Under the pieces are notes generated by a model. The model ran no database searches, was not told where the DNA came from, and saw only the letters and a program-made list of their open reading frames with translations. A stretch of 60,633 nt of DNA, counting the filler. It is 4 parts of 4 records of this genome, joined end to end, with 100 filler letters (N's around TTAATTAATTAA, not from the genome) between each part and the next. Parts side by side here need not be neighbours in the genome. Positions count along the whole stretch, not along the records: positions 1 to 22,710 come from DRR723986_6338; 3 more parts are not named here. One strand, 5' to 3'. How positions within the stretch are numbered: the first letter of the stretch is position 1; every line of letters starts with the position of its first letter. Positions 1 to 9,733 of this stretch are shown piece by piece. A program made the translations under genes and the position numbers.

Positions 1-1
1 G

Positions 2-1096
2 ATTGCCATACTTGCTCCAATTCTCGGTGCTATTGCCGATCAGTCAGGCCGGCGCAAACCCTGGTTGATCAGTTTTACACTCCTGTGTGTGGTTTCGTCG
101 GCCATGTTGTGGACGGTGACGCCGGATCAGAGTCAGTTCTGGACGGCCGCTCTGTGGGTGGGGTTGGGTACACTCGGGGCTGAGTTCGCTTTCATCTTCT
201 ATAACTCGATGTTGCCGGATCTGGCTCGGCCGGAGCGTACCGGACGGTGGTCTGGCTGGGCCTGGGGACTGGGTTATGTAGGCGGTATCGCCAGTCTGGT
301 GGTGGCGCTCTACGGCTTTATCGAAGCGGACGGCACGTTATTTAACCTTGATCGAGACGCCGCAGAGCACGTGCGGGCAACCTTTGTTCTGGTGGCCGTG
401 TGGTATCTGGTATTTGCCTTGCCGGCGTTCTTTTTTATCCCGGATCGTCCGTCAACCGGTTTGAGTCTGGGGGCGGCGACGCGGGCCGGACTGGCCCAAC
501 TGAAACAATCCATTGCTCATGTACGGCAGTACCGGGACATCGTGCGGTTTCTGATTGCGAGGATGCTGTACACCGATGGCCTGGCGACGATTTTTACCTT
601 CGGTGGCGTCTATGCTGCCGGCACGTTCAACATGAGCCCCACTGAAGTGCTGCAGTTTGCCATTGCCCTGAACGTCACTGCCGGGCTGGGGGCACTGGGC
701 TTTGCCTGGATTGACGATGCCCTGGGTGGTCGCAATACCATCCTGCTGTCGCTGGTGGGCCTGGGCTGCAGTGCGTTCGCAATTCTGGTGGTGGATGGGG
801 CCACCGCGTTCTGGATATGGGGCATGATTCTGGGCATTTTCGTTGGGCCGCTGCAATCGGCCAGTCGTTCTCATCTGGCCCGTGTGGCCCCGCCGCATCT
901 GCAGACTCAGATGTTCGGCCTGTTCGCCTTTTCCGGGAAGGCAACCGCGTTTGCCGGCCCGTTGCTGGTGGGTTGGGTGACGTCGGTTACCGACAGCCAG
1001 CGTTGGGGCATGAGTACGATCTTGCTGTTCCTGCTGATCGGGTTTGTGCTGATGCTGAAAGTGCCTGCGACTGAGGCCCGAAAAGCGGAGGACTGA
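2..1096 (+). CDS. MFS transporter, UMF1/Atg22-like family (5'-truncated at window edge)
   Basis: Frame is open from base 2 (IAILAPILGAIADQSGRRKPWL, MFS motif A-like); many TM segments; YNSMLP and QSASRS motifs typical of UMF1. Confidence 0.85.
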   Translation: MAILAPILGAIADQSGRRKPWLISFTLLCVVSSAMLWTVTPDQSQFWTAALWVGLGTLGAEFAFIFYNSMLPDLARPERTGRWSGWAWGLGYVGGIASLVVALYGFIEADGTLFNLDRDAAEHVRATFVLVAVWYLVFALPAFFFIPDRPSTGLSLGAATRAGLAQLKQSIAHVRQYRDIVRFLIARMLYTDGLATIFTFGGVYAAGTFNMSPTEVLQFAIALNVTAGLGALGFAWIDDALGGRNTILLSLVGLGCSAFAILVVDGATAFWIWGMILGIFVGPLQSASRSHLARVAPPHLQTQMFGLFAFSGKATAFAGPLLVGWVTSVTDSQRWGMSTILLFLLIGFVLMLKVPATEARKAED

Positions 1097-1173
1097 CACG
1101 GTATCTGCCCCAGCTTCGGCTATTCTGATTCATAGCCTTCCCACAACAACAAGATCCTGAGGGGCGTTTTGCC

Positions 1174-2913
1174 ATGGCCAGATATGACTTCATCATCGAG
1201 GGTGGTCGCTATTTCGACGGTACCGGCGCGCTCTCGTTTACCCGCAACCTCGCCATCAAGGATGGCCGGGTGGTACGTGTGACGGCCGATCCGATTCCTC
1301 ATGACTATGCCGAGCGCGTGATCGATGCCTCCGGGCTTTGGGTGATGCCAGGTTTTCTCGATACCCACACGCACTACGATGCCGAGCTGCTGGTAAGCCC
1401 AAGCCTCTCGGAATCTGTGCGCCACGGCGTGACAACCGTGCTGGTGGGGAGCTGCTCCTTGAGCATGGTGTGCAGCGACTACGAGGATGCCTCGGATATC
1501 TTTACGCGGGTCGAGACCGTACCCAGGGAGCGGGTGTTGCCAATTCTGAAAGCTCACAAGACCTGGTCGACGCCGCGTCAATGGGTGGAACATCTTCGTC
1601 AGGTTCCTCTGGGCCCAAACATTATCAGCTTTCTCGGACACAGTGATTTGCGGGTGGGGGTGATGGGGCTCAGTCGGGCAACGGATCTCTCAACACAGCC
1701 TACCGAGGAAGAGTTGAAAACCATGGAACGCTTGTTGAAGGAGGCATTGGATGAGGGCTTCCTGGGACTTTCGACCATGTGTTTGAAGTGGGACAAGGTG
1801 GATGGCGACCGTGAGTGGTCCAAAAGCCTGCCCAGCACCTATGCGCGCTGGAGCGAGATTGCGCGCCTGAACAAACTGGTGCGGGCCTACAACCGCGTGC
1901 ACCAGGGGGCGCCAAATGCGGCCACGCCACTACAGATCCTTCAGTACGTACGTGAATGTCTGGGGTGGTTGCGCCAACCGCTCAAGACAACACTGATCAG
2001 CCAGATGGATCTCAAAGGCAGCGCTTACCTGACCAATCTGACCAAACTGACCTCGCGGGTGACAAATGCGCTTCGGGGCGACTTCCGTTGGCAGGTATTG
2101 CCGACGCCCTTCACCGTGTATGCCGATGGCATTGATGTCGTGTTCTTCGAGGAGTTTGGCGCCGGTGAAATGGCGCTGGACCTGAAAGATGCGGTGGAAC
2201 GCAATGATCTCCTGAAAGACGAGTCGTACCGTCGACAATTCCGGAAGTTCTATGGTGAGAAGCTCAGCCCCCGGGTGTGGCAAAGGGATTTCGGTGATGC
2301 CATGATTATCGACTGCCCCGATGCAGCCCTGATCGGCAAGAATTTCGAAGAGGTGGCCAGGGCCCGTGGTGTGCATGTCGTCGATCTGTTCCTGGATCTG
2401 GTGGTGGAGTTCGGCAGGAATATTCGTTGGTACACCACCGTCGGAAACCATCGAAAACAGGTACTCAAACGCCTGGTGAAAGACCCCCGGTCGCTGATTA
2501 CCTTCAGTGATGCCGGCGCCCATATTCGGAATATGGCGTTCTACAACCTGCCACTGCGCATGCTCAAGCTCGTTCATGAGTCTATCAATGACGGAGACCC
2601 CATCATGACCATGGAGCAGGCCGTACATCGGTTGACGGGAGATCAGGCCGACTGGTTCGGTGTGGATGCGGGCAAGATTCGTGAAGGGGACCGCGCCGAT
2701 GTTGTGGTTATTGATCCGGCGGGGTTCAATCAGGACCTTGAGCAGGTGCACTGGGGCGAGATGGAAAACTTTGATCTGCAGCGTTTGGTCAATCGCAATC
2801 CCGGCATCGTAAAAACGGTTCTGATCAACGGACGGCTGGCGGTCGACGACGAGCAATTCTCGCCGTCATTTGGCCGTGAAATGGGCTATGGACAGTTTAT
2901 CCCGGCGAGGTAA
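1174..2913 (+). CDS. N-acyl-D-amino-acid deacylase family amidohydrolase
   Basis: VMPGFLDTHTHYD metal motif, HGVTTV, SDAGAH, GKIREGDRADVVV. Confidence 0.85.
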   Translation: MARYDFIIEGGRYFDGTGALSFTRNLAIKDGRVVRVTADPIPHDYAERVIDASGLWVMPGFLDTHTHYDAELLVSPSLSESVRHGVTTVLVGSCSLSMVCSDYEDASDIFTRVETVPRERVLPILKAHKTWSTPRQWVEHLRQVPLGPNIISFLGHSDLRVGVMGLSRATDLSTQPTEEELKTMERLLKEALDEGFLGLSTMCLKWDKVDGDREWSKSLPSTYARWSEIARLNKLVRAYNRVHQGAPNAATPLQILQYVRECLGWLRQPLKTTLISQMDLKGSAYLTNLTKLTSRVTNALRGDFRWQVLPTPFTVYADGIDVVFFEEFGAGEMALDLKDAVERNDLLKDESYRRQFRKFYGEKLSPRVWQRDFGDAMIIDCPDAALIGKNFEEVARARGVHVVDLFLDLVVEFGRNIRWYTTVGNHRKQVLKRLVKDPRSLITFSDAGAHIRNMAFYNLPLRMLKLVHESINDGDPIMTMEQAVHRLTGDQADWFGVDAGKIREGDRADVVVIDPAGFNQDLEQVHWGEMENFDLQRLVNRNPGIVKTVLINGRLAVDDEQFSPSFGREMGYGQFIPAR

Positions 2914-2924
2914 TTAATCAGGTT

Positions 2925-3632
2925 ATGGCCAAGGCCACTTTTGCTAGAAAGTCACTGCGGTTGATGTTCTGGGTAGTTGTAGCCGCACTGGTGCTGATGT
3001 TTTCAATTATCCTGCTGTTCAGGTTCGTGAACCCTCCGACCTCGGCCTTCATGCTGGGTTATCAGATGGGTCATGCCCGCGAGCCTTTGCAGCACGAATG
3101 GGTGCCAATATCTGAGGTATCCGAATGGATGGCGCTGGCGGTGATCGCCAGTGAAGACCAGCGATTTCCGGAGCACCACGGGGTTGATTTCAAGGCTGTT
3201 CATAAGGCGGTCTCTGAATATCAGGCTGGAGAGGGCTTGCGAGGTGCCAGTACCATCACGCAGCAAACGGCCAAGAATCTGTTTCTCTGGAATGATCGAA
3301 GCTTTGTCCGAAAAGCCATCGAGGCGGGTCTGGCACTGGCAATTGATGCGATCTGGCCTAAACAGCGGATTCTTGAAGTCTATCTGAACATCTCAGAATT
3401 CGGACCGGGCATCTACGGTGTACAGGCAGCCAGCCGCGCCTACTACCGAATTCCGGCGGGCGTGCTGTCGCCACTCCAGGCTGCACATCTCGCTGCAGTC
3501 CTTCCTAACCCGAACGTGTTGAGCGTGCTTTCGCCCACGCCTTACGTTCAGGAACGAGTGGCCTGGATTGAGGGGCAGATGGCTCGGCTATCGAGGGCGG
3601 GGTATCTCGCCGAAATCAACGCTGGCAGGTAA
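2925..3632 (+). CDS. mtgA: monofunctional peptidoglycan transglycosylase
   Basis: GT51 motifs ASEDQRF-HHGVD, RGASTITQQTAKNL, RKAIE, KQRILEVYLN; N-terminal TM. Confidence 0.95.
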   Translation: MAKATFARKSLRLMFWVVVAALVLMFSIILLFRFVNPPTSAFMLGYQMGHAREPLQHEWVPISEVSEWMALAVIASEDQRFPEHHGVDFKAVHKAVSEYQAGEGLRGASTITQQTAKNLFLWNDRSFVRKAIEAGLALAIDAIWPKQRILEVYLNISEFGPGIYGVQAASRAYYRIPAGVLSPLQAAHLAAVLPNPNVLSVLSPTPYVQERVAWIEGQMARLSRAGYLAEINAGR

Positions 3633-3653
3633 TGCCAAACCGTTGTTGATGGT

Positions 3654-4583
3654 TCACCGGCTCTTTGATGAGTGGGCCCCGCTCCGGCACTGGGAGGGTG
3701 TCATACCAAACCAGGCTTTGAATGCCCGACTGAACTGGCTGGCGTCGTTGAAGCCGCAGGCGAGAGCGATGGCGGTGATTTTTGTGGTTGATTGTCGCAG
3801 ATGATCGCGTGCCCGGATGAGCCGTTGTTCCTGTACATATTGGTAGGGGGCGCAGCCAAACGTGGCCCGGAACAGTCTTGCGAAATGGTAGGGGCTGAGG
3901 TTCACCCAGCCGGCCATTTCCGACAGTGTGAGAGGCTGGTCCAGTTCCGCATGAATCTGCTCCTGTAACAGTCGCCGGTACTGATGGGACAGTTGCCCGG
4001 TAACTGCGGGAGGTGCTTTGGCGACGCTGGCGTGTCGGCTGACCACCTGTAGCAGAAGCCACTGTGCCAGGTGATCCATCGCCATTGCCTGGCCGGGTGC
4101 CTGCCAGTCGCTCAGCACCAGGAGTTTGCCTGCCTGGGCCAGGATCGGATCCTCACGGTGGTAGCACTCGTTCAGTTGAATCTTATCCGGGTCGGAATCC
4201 CAGGTTTGACTGGCGCATCGCGCGACATCGACATCATTGAAATAGAAATGGAAAAACTCGAATTGTCCGCCGATTTGCCAGATGGAGCGGCTGCCCGCAG
4301 GAAACAGGCACACGGCGCCGGGAAAGCCGCGGCTTACCGCCTTTCCGTTGACCATCCGCTGGGCTTGCTGGCCCTTGTCAATGTAGATGCTCAGGGCGTG
4401 ATGGCGAGGGCGCTCGTAGCGAACCTCCCCCTGACGGTTCTGCCACTGGGCGAGGGTTTTTCCATGCTCCAGGTCCATCATTCTCTGCGGCGCAACGCCC
4501 GCCGTGCGAAGGCTGTCGGCAATGTCCAGCTGCCCCCGTCTGTCTTGCAGCGGTGACGGGTTTGTTGTCGTTGGGTTGTCCAT
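3654..4583 (-). CDS. AraC-family transcriptional regulator
   Basis: C-terminal double HTH (LSPYHFARLF...IALACGFNDASQFSRAFK); divergent from DMT gene; ATG 4583 chosen as start. Confidence 0.9.
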   Translation of the reverse strand: MDNPTTTNPSPLQDRRGQLDIADSLRTAGVAPQRMMDLEHGKTLAQWQNRQGEVRYERPRHHALSIYIDKGQQAQRMVNGKAVSRGFPGAVCLFPAGSRSIWQIGGQFEFFHFYFNDVDVARCASQTWDSDPDKIQLNECYHREDPILAQAGKLLVLSDWQAPGQAMAMDHLAQWLLLQVVSRHASVAKAPPAVTGQLSHQYRRLLQEQIHAELDQPLTLSEMAGWVNLSPYHFARLFRATFGCAPYQYVQEQRLIRARDHLRQSTTKITAIALACGFNDASQFSRAFKAWFGMTPSQCRSGAHSSKSR

Positions 4584-4706
4584 AATGCAAGGCCTCCGCA
4601 AGAATCATCCACGGTTCCGCAGGATCTGACAAGCTATCGCGCGTTCGTTTCCATAATCTGACCACCTGACGCCCGAACTTGCCATTTAACTGGGAGCCTC
4701 TGAATC

Positions 4707-5612
4707 ATGCCCATTAGTGCCCATTATGGACTGACTGTATTGATATGGGGTCTGACGTGGACGGCGATTCGACTGCAGGTCGAATCTGCGTCTGTGGATT
4801 TGGCAGTGTTCTATCGCTTTGTGATGGCTTCTGTGGTTGCACTTGCGGTTCTTGCCGTTACCCGGCGGCTGAGCAGGTTGACGCCTGGCCAGCATGGCTG
4901 GCTTTTGTTGCAAGGGCTGACGCTATATAGCGTGAATTTTCTCCTGATCTATCGGGCCGCCGAATCGATGACCAGTGGGTTGTTGGCGGTCGTGTTTTCT
5001 CTGGCGGCACTGTTCAACGCGTTCAACGGTTGGCTCTGGTTGCGAACCAGACCGACAGCGAGGCTCTACCCCGCAGTGGCCCTTGGTGTGACCGGTGTCG
5101 CGCTGCTGTTCTGGCATGACCTGCAACTCGGCAATGCCACTGGCGCGAGCATACTGTTTGCGGTCGCTGGAACCTTCTGGTTTTCCATGGGGAACCTGGT
5201 GAGCGTGAAGGTGAGGGCAGCAGGGGTTCCGTTGTTTACGGCCAATGCCTGGGCAATGGTTTATGGAGCACTTATTCTCGGATTGTGGTGCCTGATCCAG
5301 GGGGTAGAGTGGATGCTGCCTGCCACCTCAGTATTCTGGGGAGCGACCGTGTTCCTTGCCGTTCCCGGCTCTATTGTGGCGTTCTACTGCTACATTACGG
5401 TCATCCAGGTGCTGGGCGCCGACAAGGCAGGCTATGCCGCGGTACTGTTCCCGGTTGTCGCTCTTTCGGTCTCCACCTGGCTGGAGGGATTCGAGTGGAC
5501 GACGCCGGCTATGCTGGGCGCCCTGCTGGCCATATTGGGAAACTATGTGTTGTTTCGTCCCGGCAAGCGTCAGAGCGTCAGCGCAACCAGCGTTCCCGAG
5601 CAACGGACCTGA
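4707..5612 (+). CDS. DMT/EamA family transporter
   Basis: About 10 TM segments, LIWGLTW and PVVAL motifs. Confidence 0.9.
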   Translation: MPISAHYGLTVLIWGLTWTAIRLQVESASVDLAVFYRFVMASVVALAVLAVTRRLSRLTPGQHGWLLLQGLTLYSVNFLLIYRAAESMTSGLLAVVFSLAALFNAFNGWLWLRTRPTARLYPAVALGVTGVALLFWHDLQLGNATGASILFAVAGTFWFSMGNLVSVKVRAAGVPLFTANAWAMVYGALILGLWCLIQGVEWMLPATSVFWGATVFLAVPGSIVAFYCYITVIQVLGADKAGYAAVLFPVVALSVSTWLEGFEWTTPAMLGALLAILGNYVLFRPGKRQSVSATSVPEQRT

Positions 5613-5646
5613 CTCTGTTGCTATGGGCTCACTTTGTCGTGCAGGA

Positions 5647-6120
5647 CTAATCGCACCCGTTCGCACCGATCTCTTTGGGGGCCATTTTTAAAAACACACC
5701 CAGTGCGGCCAACAACAATGCTGTACTCGCAATAATCGCAACCGGATAAACGAGATTCCCCGCCAAATCAAGCTGGCTGTATTTGATGATCATGATCAGG
5801 CCTTCAAGCGACATGGCCACGCAAACGGTACTGATGAAGCGGGGCAGGGTGCGGCGCATCATTGTCACTATATCGTGAGTTTCTGAACGGCCGCTGTATT
5901 CCGAGCGGATCACCATGGCCAGTTCGTAAACGGCCAGTGCGATAATGCTGCCGTTAACGCCATTAATCATGGCCTGCATCAAGGGCTCATCGGAATTCAG
6001 GAGTTCAAAGACATCGACGATGGTTGCTGCCACAAGAGCGAAGGCCAATCCGAAAAACAACCAGGAGAACAGCCTGGCGAACAAACCGCGTACTGGAATA
6101 CTTCTCAACCTGTCGAGCAT
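5647..6120 (-). CDS. hypothetical 4-TM membrane protein (PsiE-like topology)
   Basis: Four hydrophobic segments; family assignment tentative. Confidence 0.6.
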   Translation of the reverse strand: MLDRLRSIPVRGLFARLFSWLFFGLAFALVAATIVDVFELLNSDEPLMQAMINGVNGSIIALAVYELAMVIRSEYSGRSETHDIVTMMRRTLPRFISTVCVAMSLEGLIMIIKYSQLDLAGNLVYPVAIIASTALLLAALGVFLKMAPKEIGANGCD

Positions 6121-6294
6121 GCGTTTTCACCGTGACCTGTGGATGTGATGAGACAGGCTACGGATATTTCGTAAAGGCTGCGATTACAGGTTGCACACAG
6201 CGCGGTAACCTTGAAGCAAAGGGCGAGTTGATTATTTTACCTCCGCTCATCGCCAGGCCTTGTGGTTGCGCCATTCACACCGGCTATCCTTGGG

Positions 6295-6329
6295 TTGCCA
6301 ACACAGTTATCCACAGATTCTGTGGGAAA
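6295..6329 (-). promoter_or_regulatory. DnaA-box trio (DARS-core-like)
   Basis: Minus strand TTTCCCACA-5bp-TGTGGATAA-3bp-TGTTGGCAA; perfect box TTATCCACA at 6307-6315. Confidence 0.55.
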
Positions 6330-6518
6330 ACTCTTTGCTGATTGATCATTGTTTCGGTGGTTGTGGAGAATGTTATTGAAACCATAACTCGGCGCTTTCA
6401 AGGCGTAGTCAACGCTAAGGTCGCAAAGCGGACATTCAGATTTGGGGATAACTCCCGGCTCACGCGCCGCCTCCACGCCTATTCCAGACCGATTCGCGCC
6501 GTTAGCACCGAAACAAAA

Positions 6519-6552
6519 ATGTCACACCGCTGACACATTTCAGGACCACTCT
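6519..6552 (+). promoter_or_regulatory. Pho-box-like promoter of pyruvate-kinase-like operon
   Basis: ATGTCAC-accg-CTGACAC (6519-6536), 10 bp, -10-like CACTCT (6547-6552); extra half site CCGAAAC 11 bp upstream. Confidence 0.55.
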
Positions 6553-6609
6553 ATTACTGTATGGAATTTAGTCAGCCTCGCATCGAAAACATTCCGCGCA
6601 TGAAGCTTC

Positions 6610-8511
6610 ATGCAGCAGGGGAGGCCAGAAATGGACGAAATAATCCCGAGAGCCCTCACTGCATCAGAGATTGAGTACATGGGTGAGCTACTGGAAGATC
6701 TCACCAATCTTCGAGATCGCCTTTGCTCTATGGCTGCCCAACCCCCATTTAGCCTCAACGAACTCGACTCTGGCTATCGTATAAGCGCCGAAAACCTTCT
6801 GCATTACCTCGCGTTGCGCCGACAGGATATCCGACTGCTCCAGCAGCGCCTTGTTACGCTTGGATTTTCCTCATTGGGTCGTTCGGAATCCTGCGTACTG
6901 CCGACACTAGACGTCATCATCCGCACACTTTCCTTACTACTCGGACAGTCACTAAAAGCAGATTGCGGCGAAACTTCCACGATCACGATTCAGGATGGCG
7001 CCCGGTTACTGCTGCAGCATTCGAAAGAACTACTTGGGGCCACGCCCGAAGCTAGAAACGTACGGATAATGGTCACCATGCCAACGGAATCGGCACAAGA
7101 TCCCTCAATCATTCGCGATTTGCTGAAAGCCGGGATGAATTGCATGCGTATAAATTGCGCCCATGATGACCCAGAAACCTGGCTGGAGATGATCAATAAT
7201 CTGCAAACTGCAAAAGAGGAGTTCGGACAGAGTTGTCAGATTTTTATGGATTTGGGTGGGCCGAAGATACGCACGGGTGAGATCGAACCCGGACCGCACG
7301 TTGTGCATGTACGCCCCAAACGTAATGAATACGGAATCACCGTTTTCCCTGCGCGCATACTGCTGGTGCCGGAGGGAAGTTCAGCACCGGAAATTAGCGA
7401 TAACCAGACTGTTTTCGGTGTTCCAAAGAGTTTTCTACAAAAGCTCAAGAGATTTGATGAGATCCGGCTCCTTGATGCACGCCACAAGTCCCGGAAATGG
7501 ACTGTTGTTGAAGTTTGCGACTTTGGATGCCGGGTTGAGAGCATCAAAACATGTTACGTAGTGCCCGGAACGCCTCTTGAGCTGAAAGAAAAACAACGCC
7601 CGAAAATCACAGCCAAGATTACCAGTGTCCTCAAGCAACCCGGGTTTATAGTCCTCCGCCAAGGAGATTGTCTTTTAGTTACGGCCGACTCGAATGCCGG
7701 ACATTCCAAGCATTTAGACACCCAGGGAAATCTTGTTACTCCCGCTACGATAAGCTGCACGATGCCCGAGGTCGTTTCTCAAGTTCATCCGGGCGAGAGC
7801 GTCTGGTTTGATGACGGGAAAATTGGTGGTGTCATTGAAAAAGTAGAGACAGACCGATTCTGGGTAAAAATCCAACACGCTCGTCCAGAAGGCAGCAAAC
7901 TTAGAGCCGGTAAAGGCATGAACCTTCCGAATAGCCAGCTTAACGTCAGCTCTCTGACGCCGACCGACATCAGCCACCTGACATTCATCGCTAAGCATGC
8001 AGATGCCGTCCAGATGTCATTTGTAAACTCCGCACATGACGTCACATTGCTTGACGAAGCACTGTCCCGGGTAAAGGGGGATCACTTAGGCATCGTCCTC
8101 AAGATCGAAACCCGAAGAGGATTTGAGAATTTGCCCTCTATGCTGCTGACCGCTATGCGCCGACCCAAGGTGGGCGTCATGATTGCAAGGGGCGATCTTG
8201 CTGTTGACTGTGGATATGAGCGACTGGCAGAAGTCCAGGAAGAGATATTGTCAGTGTGTGAAGCCGCCCATGTACCCGTTATCTGGGCGACTCAAGTACT
8301 AGAAAACCTGGCTCAGAAAGGCATGCCCTCTCGCGCAGAGATTTCAGATGCAGTCATGGCGCACCGTGCAGAGTGCGTCATGCTGAACAAAGGGCCGCAC
8401 GTTATCGAAGCGCTTGGTGCGCTCGACAGCATTCTCAAGCGCATGGAACAGCATCAAACCAAAAAACGGGCACTACTCAGGGCACTGAGATTGGCCCAGA
8501 ACGGACGGTAA
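6610..8511 (+). CDS. pyk: atypical long pyruvate kinase (N-terminal extension, enlarged B domain, no C-terminal allosteric domain)
   Basis: RINCAHD, DLGGPKIRTG, FDDGKI, KGMNLP, LKIET, IARGDL, WATQVL, SRAEISD, CVMLNKG; start may be 6631. Confidence 0.85.
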   Translation: MQQGRPEMDEIIPRALTASEIEYMGELLEDLTNLRDRLCSMAAQPPFSLNELDSGYRISAENLLHYLALRRQDIRLLQQRLVTLGFSSLGRSESCVLPTLDVIIRTLSLLLGQSLKADCGETSTITIQDGARLLLQHSKELLGATPEARNVRIMVTMPTESAQDPSIIRDLLKAGMNCMRINCAHDDPETWLEMINNLQTAKEEFGQSCQIFMDLGGPKIRTGEIEPGPHVVHVRPKRNEYGITVFPARILLVPEGSSAPEISDNQTVFGVPKSFLQKLKRFDEIRLLDARHKSRKWTVVEVCDFGCRVESIKTCYVVPGTPLELKEKQRPKITAKITSVLKQPGFIVLRQGDCLLVTADSNAGHSKHLDTQGNLVTPATISCTMPEVVSQVHPGESVWFDDGKIGGVIEKVETDRFWVKIQHARPEGSKLRAGKGMNLPNSQLNVSSLTPTDISHLTFIAKHADAVQMSFVNSAHDVTLLDEALSRVKGDHLGIVLKIETRRGFENLPSMLLTAMRRPKVGVMIARGDLAVDCGYERLAEVQEEILSVCEAAHVPVIWATQVLENLAQKGMPSRAEISDAVMAHRAECVMLNKGPHVIEALGALDSILKRMEQHQTKKRALLRALRLAQNGR

Positions 8512-8514
8512 CAA

Positions 8515-9686
8515 GTGGATACCGATGAAGGATTGCTAGCCAGCTATCTAAAACGGAAGTTGTCTGCCCATGAAGCGGTCGAGACCATCTCAGGCTGCAG
8601 AAACCTGATTCTCGGAATGAGCGCCGCGCAACCGCCGGCATTGATGGCAGCCACTGCAGATGCCCTCAGAGATCGATTGATTGGTCCGTTAAATGTCTAT
8701 TATCTGCATGGTACGGAACATCTTCAGCAAACTCTTTTAGCTCCAGATCTCATTGATCTCGTAACACCCCGTCCACTCTTTCTAAGCCATTCAGACAGGG
8801 CTGCCATTGCACAATCCAACTCTATAAATTGGATTGAATTCGTACCCGCAATGCTTCACCAGGCCGGCCGCCTGCTGACAGAGCACATAGATCCGGAATG
8901 TTTTTTTGTGACCGTATCGCCGATGGATCGCCATGGATATTTCAGCCTCGTCACCAACGCTGATTACGGAGCGTCTGTGATCCGAAAAGCAAGGAAAGTC
9001 ATTGTCGAGGTCAACCGGTATATGCCTCGAACCTTTGGTGAATGTTCCGTCCATATTTCAGAAATAGACCACATCGTTGAGCACGATCAACCGCTGGTAG
9101 AGGCAATCCCCAAGGCGCCCACAGAGGTCGATAGAAAGATTGCGCAACAGATCATCGAACGGATTGGCGATGGGGACACCTTACAGATCGGAGTGGGCGG
9201 AGTACCAAATGCCGTGCTCTCTACGAGTTCCTTGACGATAACCCTGCTATCGTTGGATACCCCGCTTCCTGGGTAAACAACCCCGACATCATTCGGCTAA
9301 ACGACAACATGGTGTCTGTAAATTCAGCACTCGAAATAGATCTGACTGGCCAGATCAATTCTGAACAAATTGGCGATCGCCCCTTTTCTGGCACCGGTGG
9401 CCAACTTGATTTTGTTCGTGGTGCTTACGCCGCAAGAAACGGGCGCTCCTTCATTGCATTAAGGTCAACCGCTCAATCGGACTCTGTAAGCCGTATCGTC
9501 CCGCGTCTACTCGGCGGTGCCGTCACAGACCCCCGGAATGATGTGCAATTCGTAGTGACTGAGTATGGCTGCGTAAACCTTAAAGGCCTCTCTATCCCTC
9601 AAAGAGCCAGAGCCCTCATCCAAATTGCATCTCCTGAATTTCAAGATCATCTTGAACGAGAGGCAACGTCACTTGGATGGATATAG
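8515..9686 (+). pseudogene. acetyl-CoA hydrolase / 4-hydroxybutyrate CoA-transferase family, internal deletion with frameshift
   Basis: N-part ends at DGDTLQIGVGGVPNAVL (~9220); another frame from 9219 reads LYEFLDDNPAIVGYPASWVNNP...VNSALEIDLTGQ..SGTGGQLDF; the intervening segment typical of the family is missing. Confidence 0.85.
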
Positions 9687-9733
9687 GCACTATAGATCGG
9701 ATCACTGAAATCAGAGCGCTGGATAATGCCAAC

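Noticed and set aside
6160-6215. Pho box for the PsiE-like gene (CTGTGTG-N4-CTGTAAT, minus strand)
   Set aside because: First half site is poor and spacing to a -10 is off; not counted
9217-9309. Programmed frameshift restoring the CoA-transferase
   Set aside because: No slippery heptamer, and a conserved block including the catalytic region is absent, so recoding could not restore it
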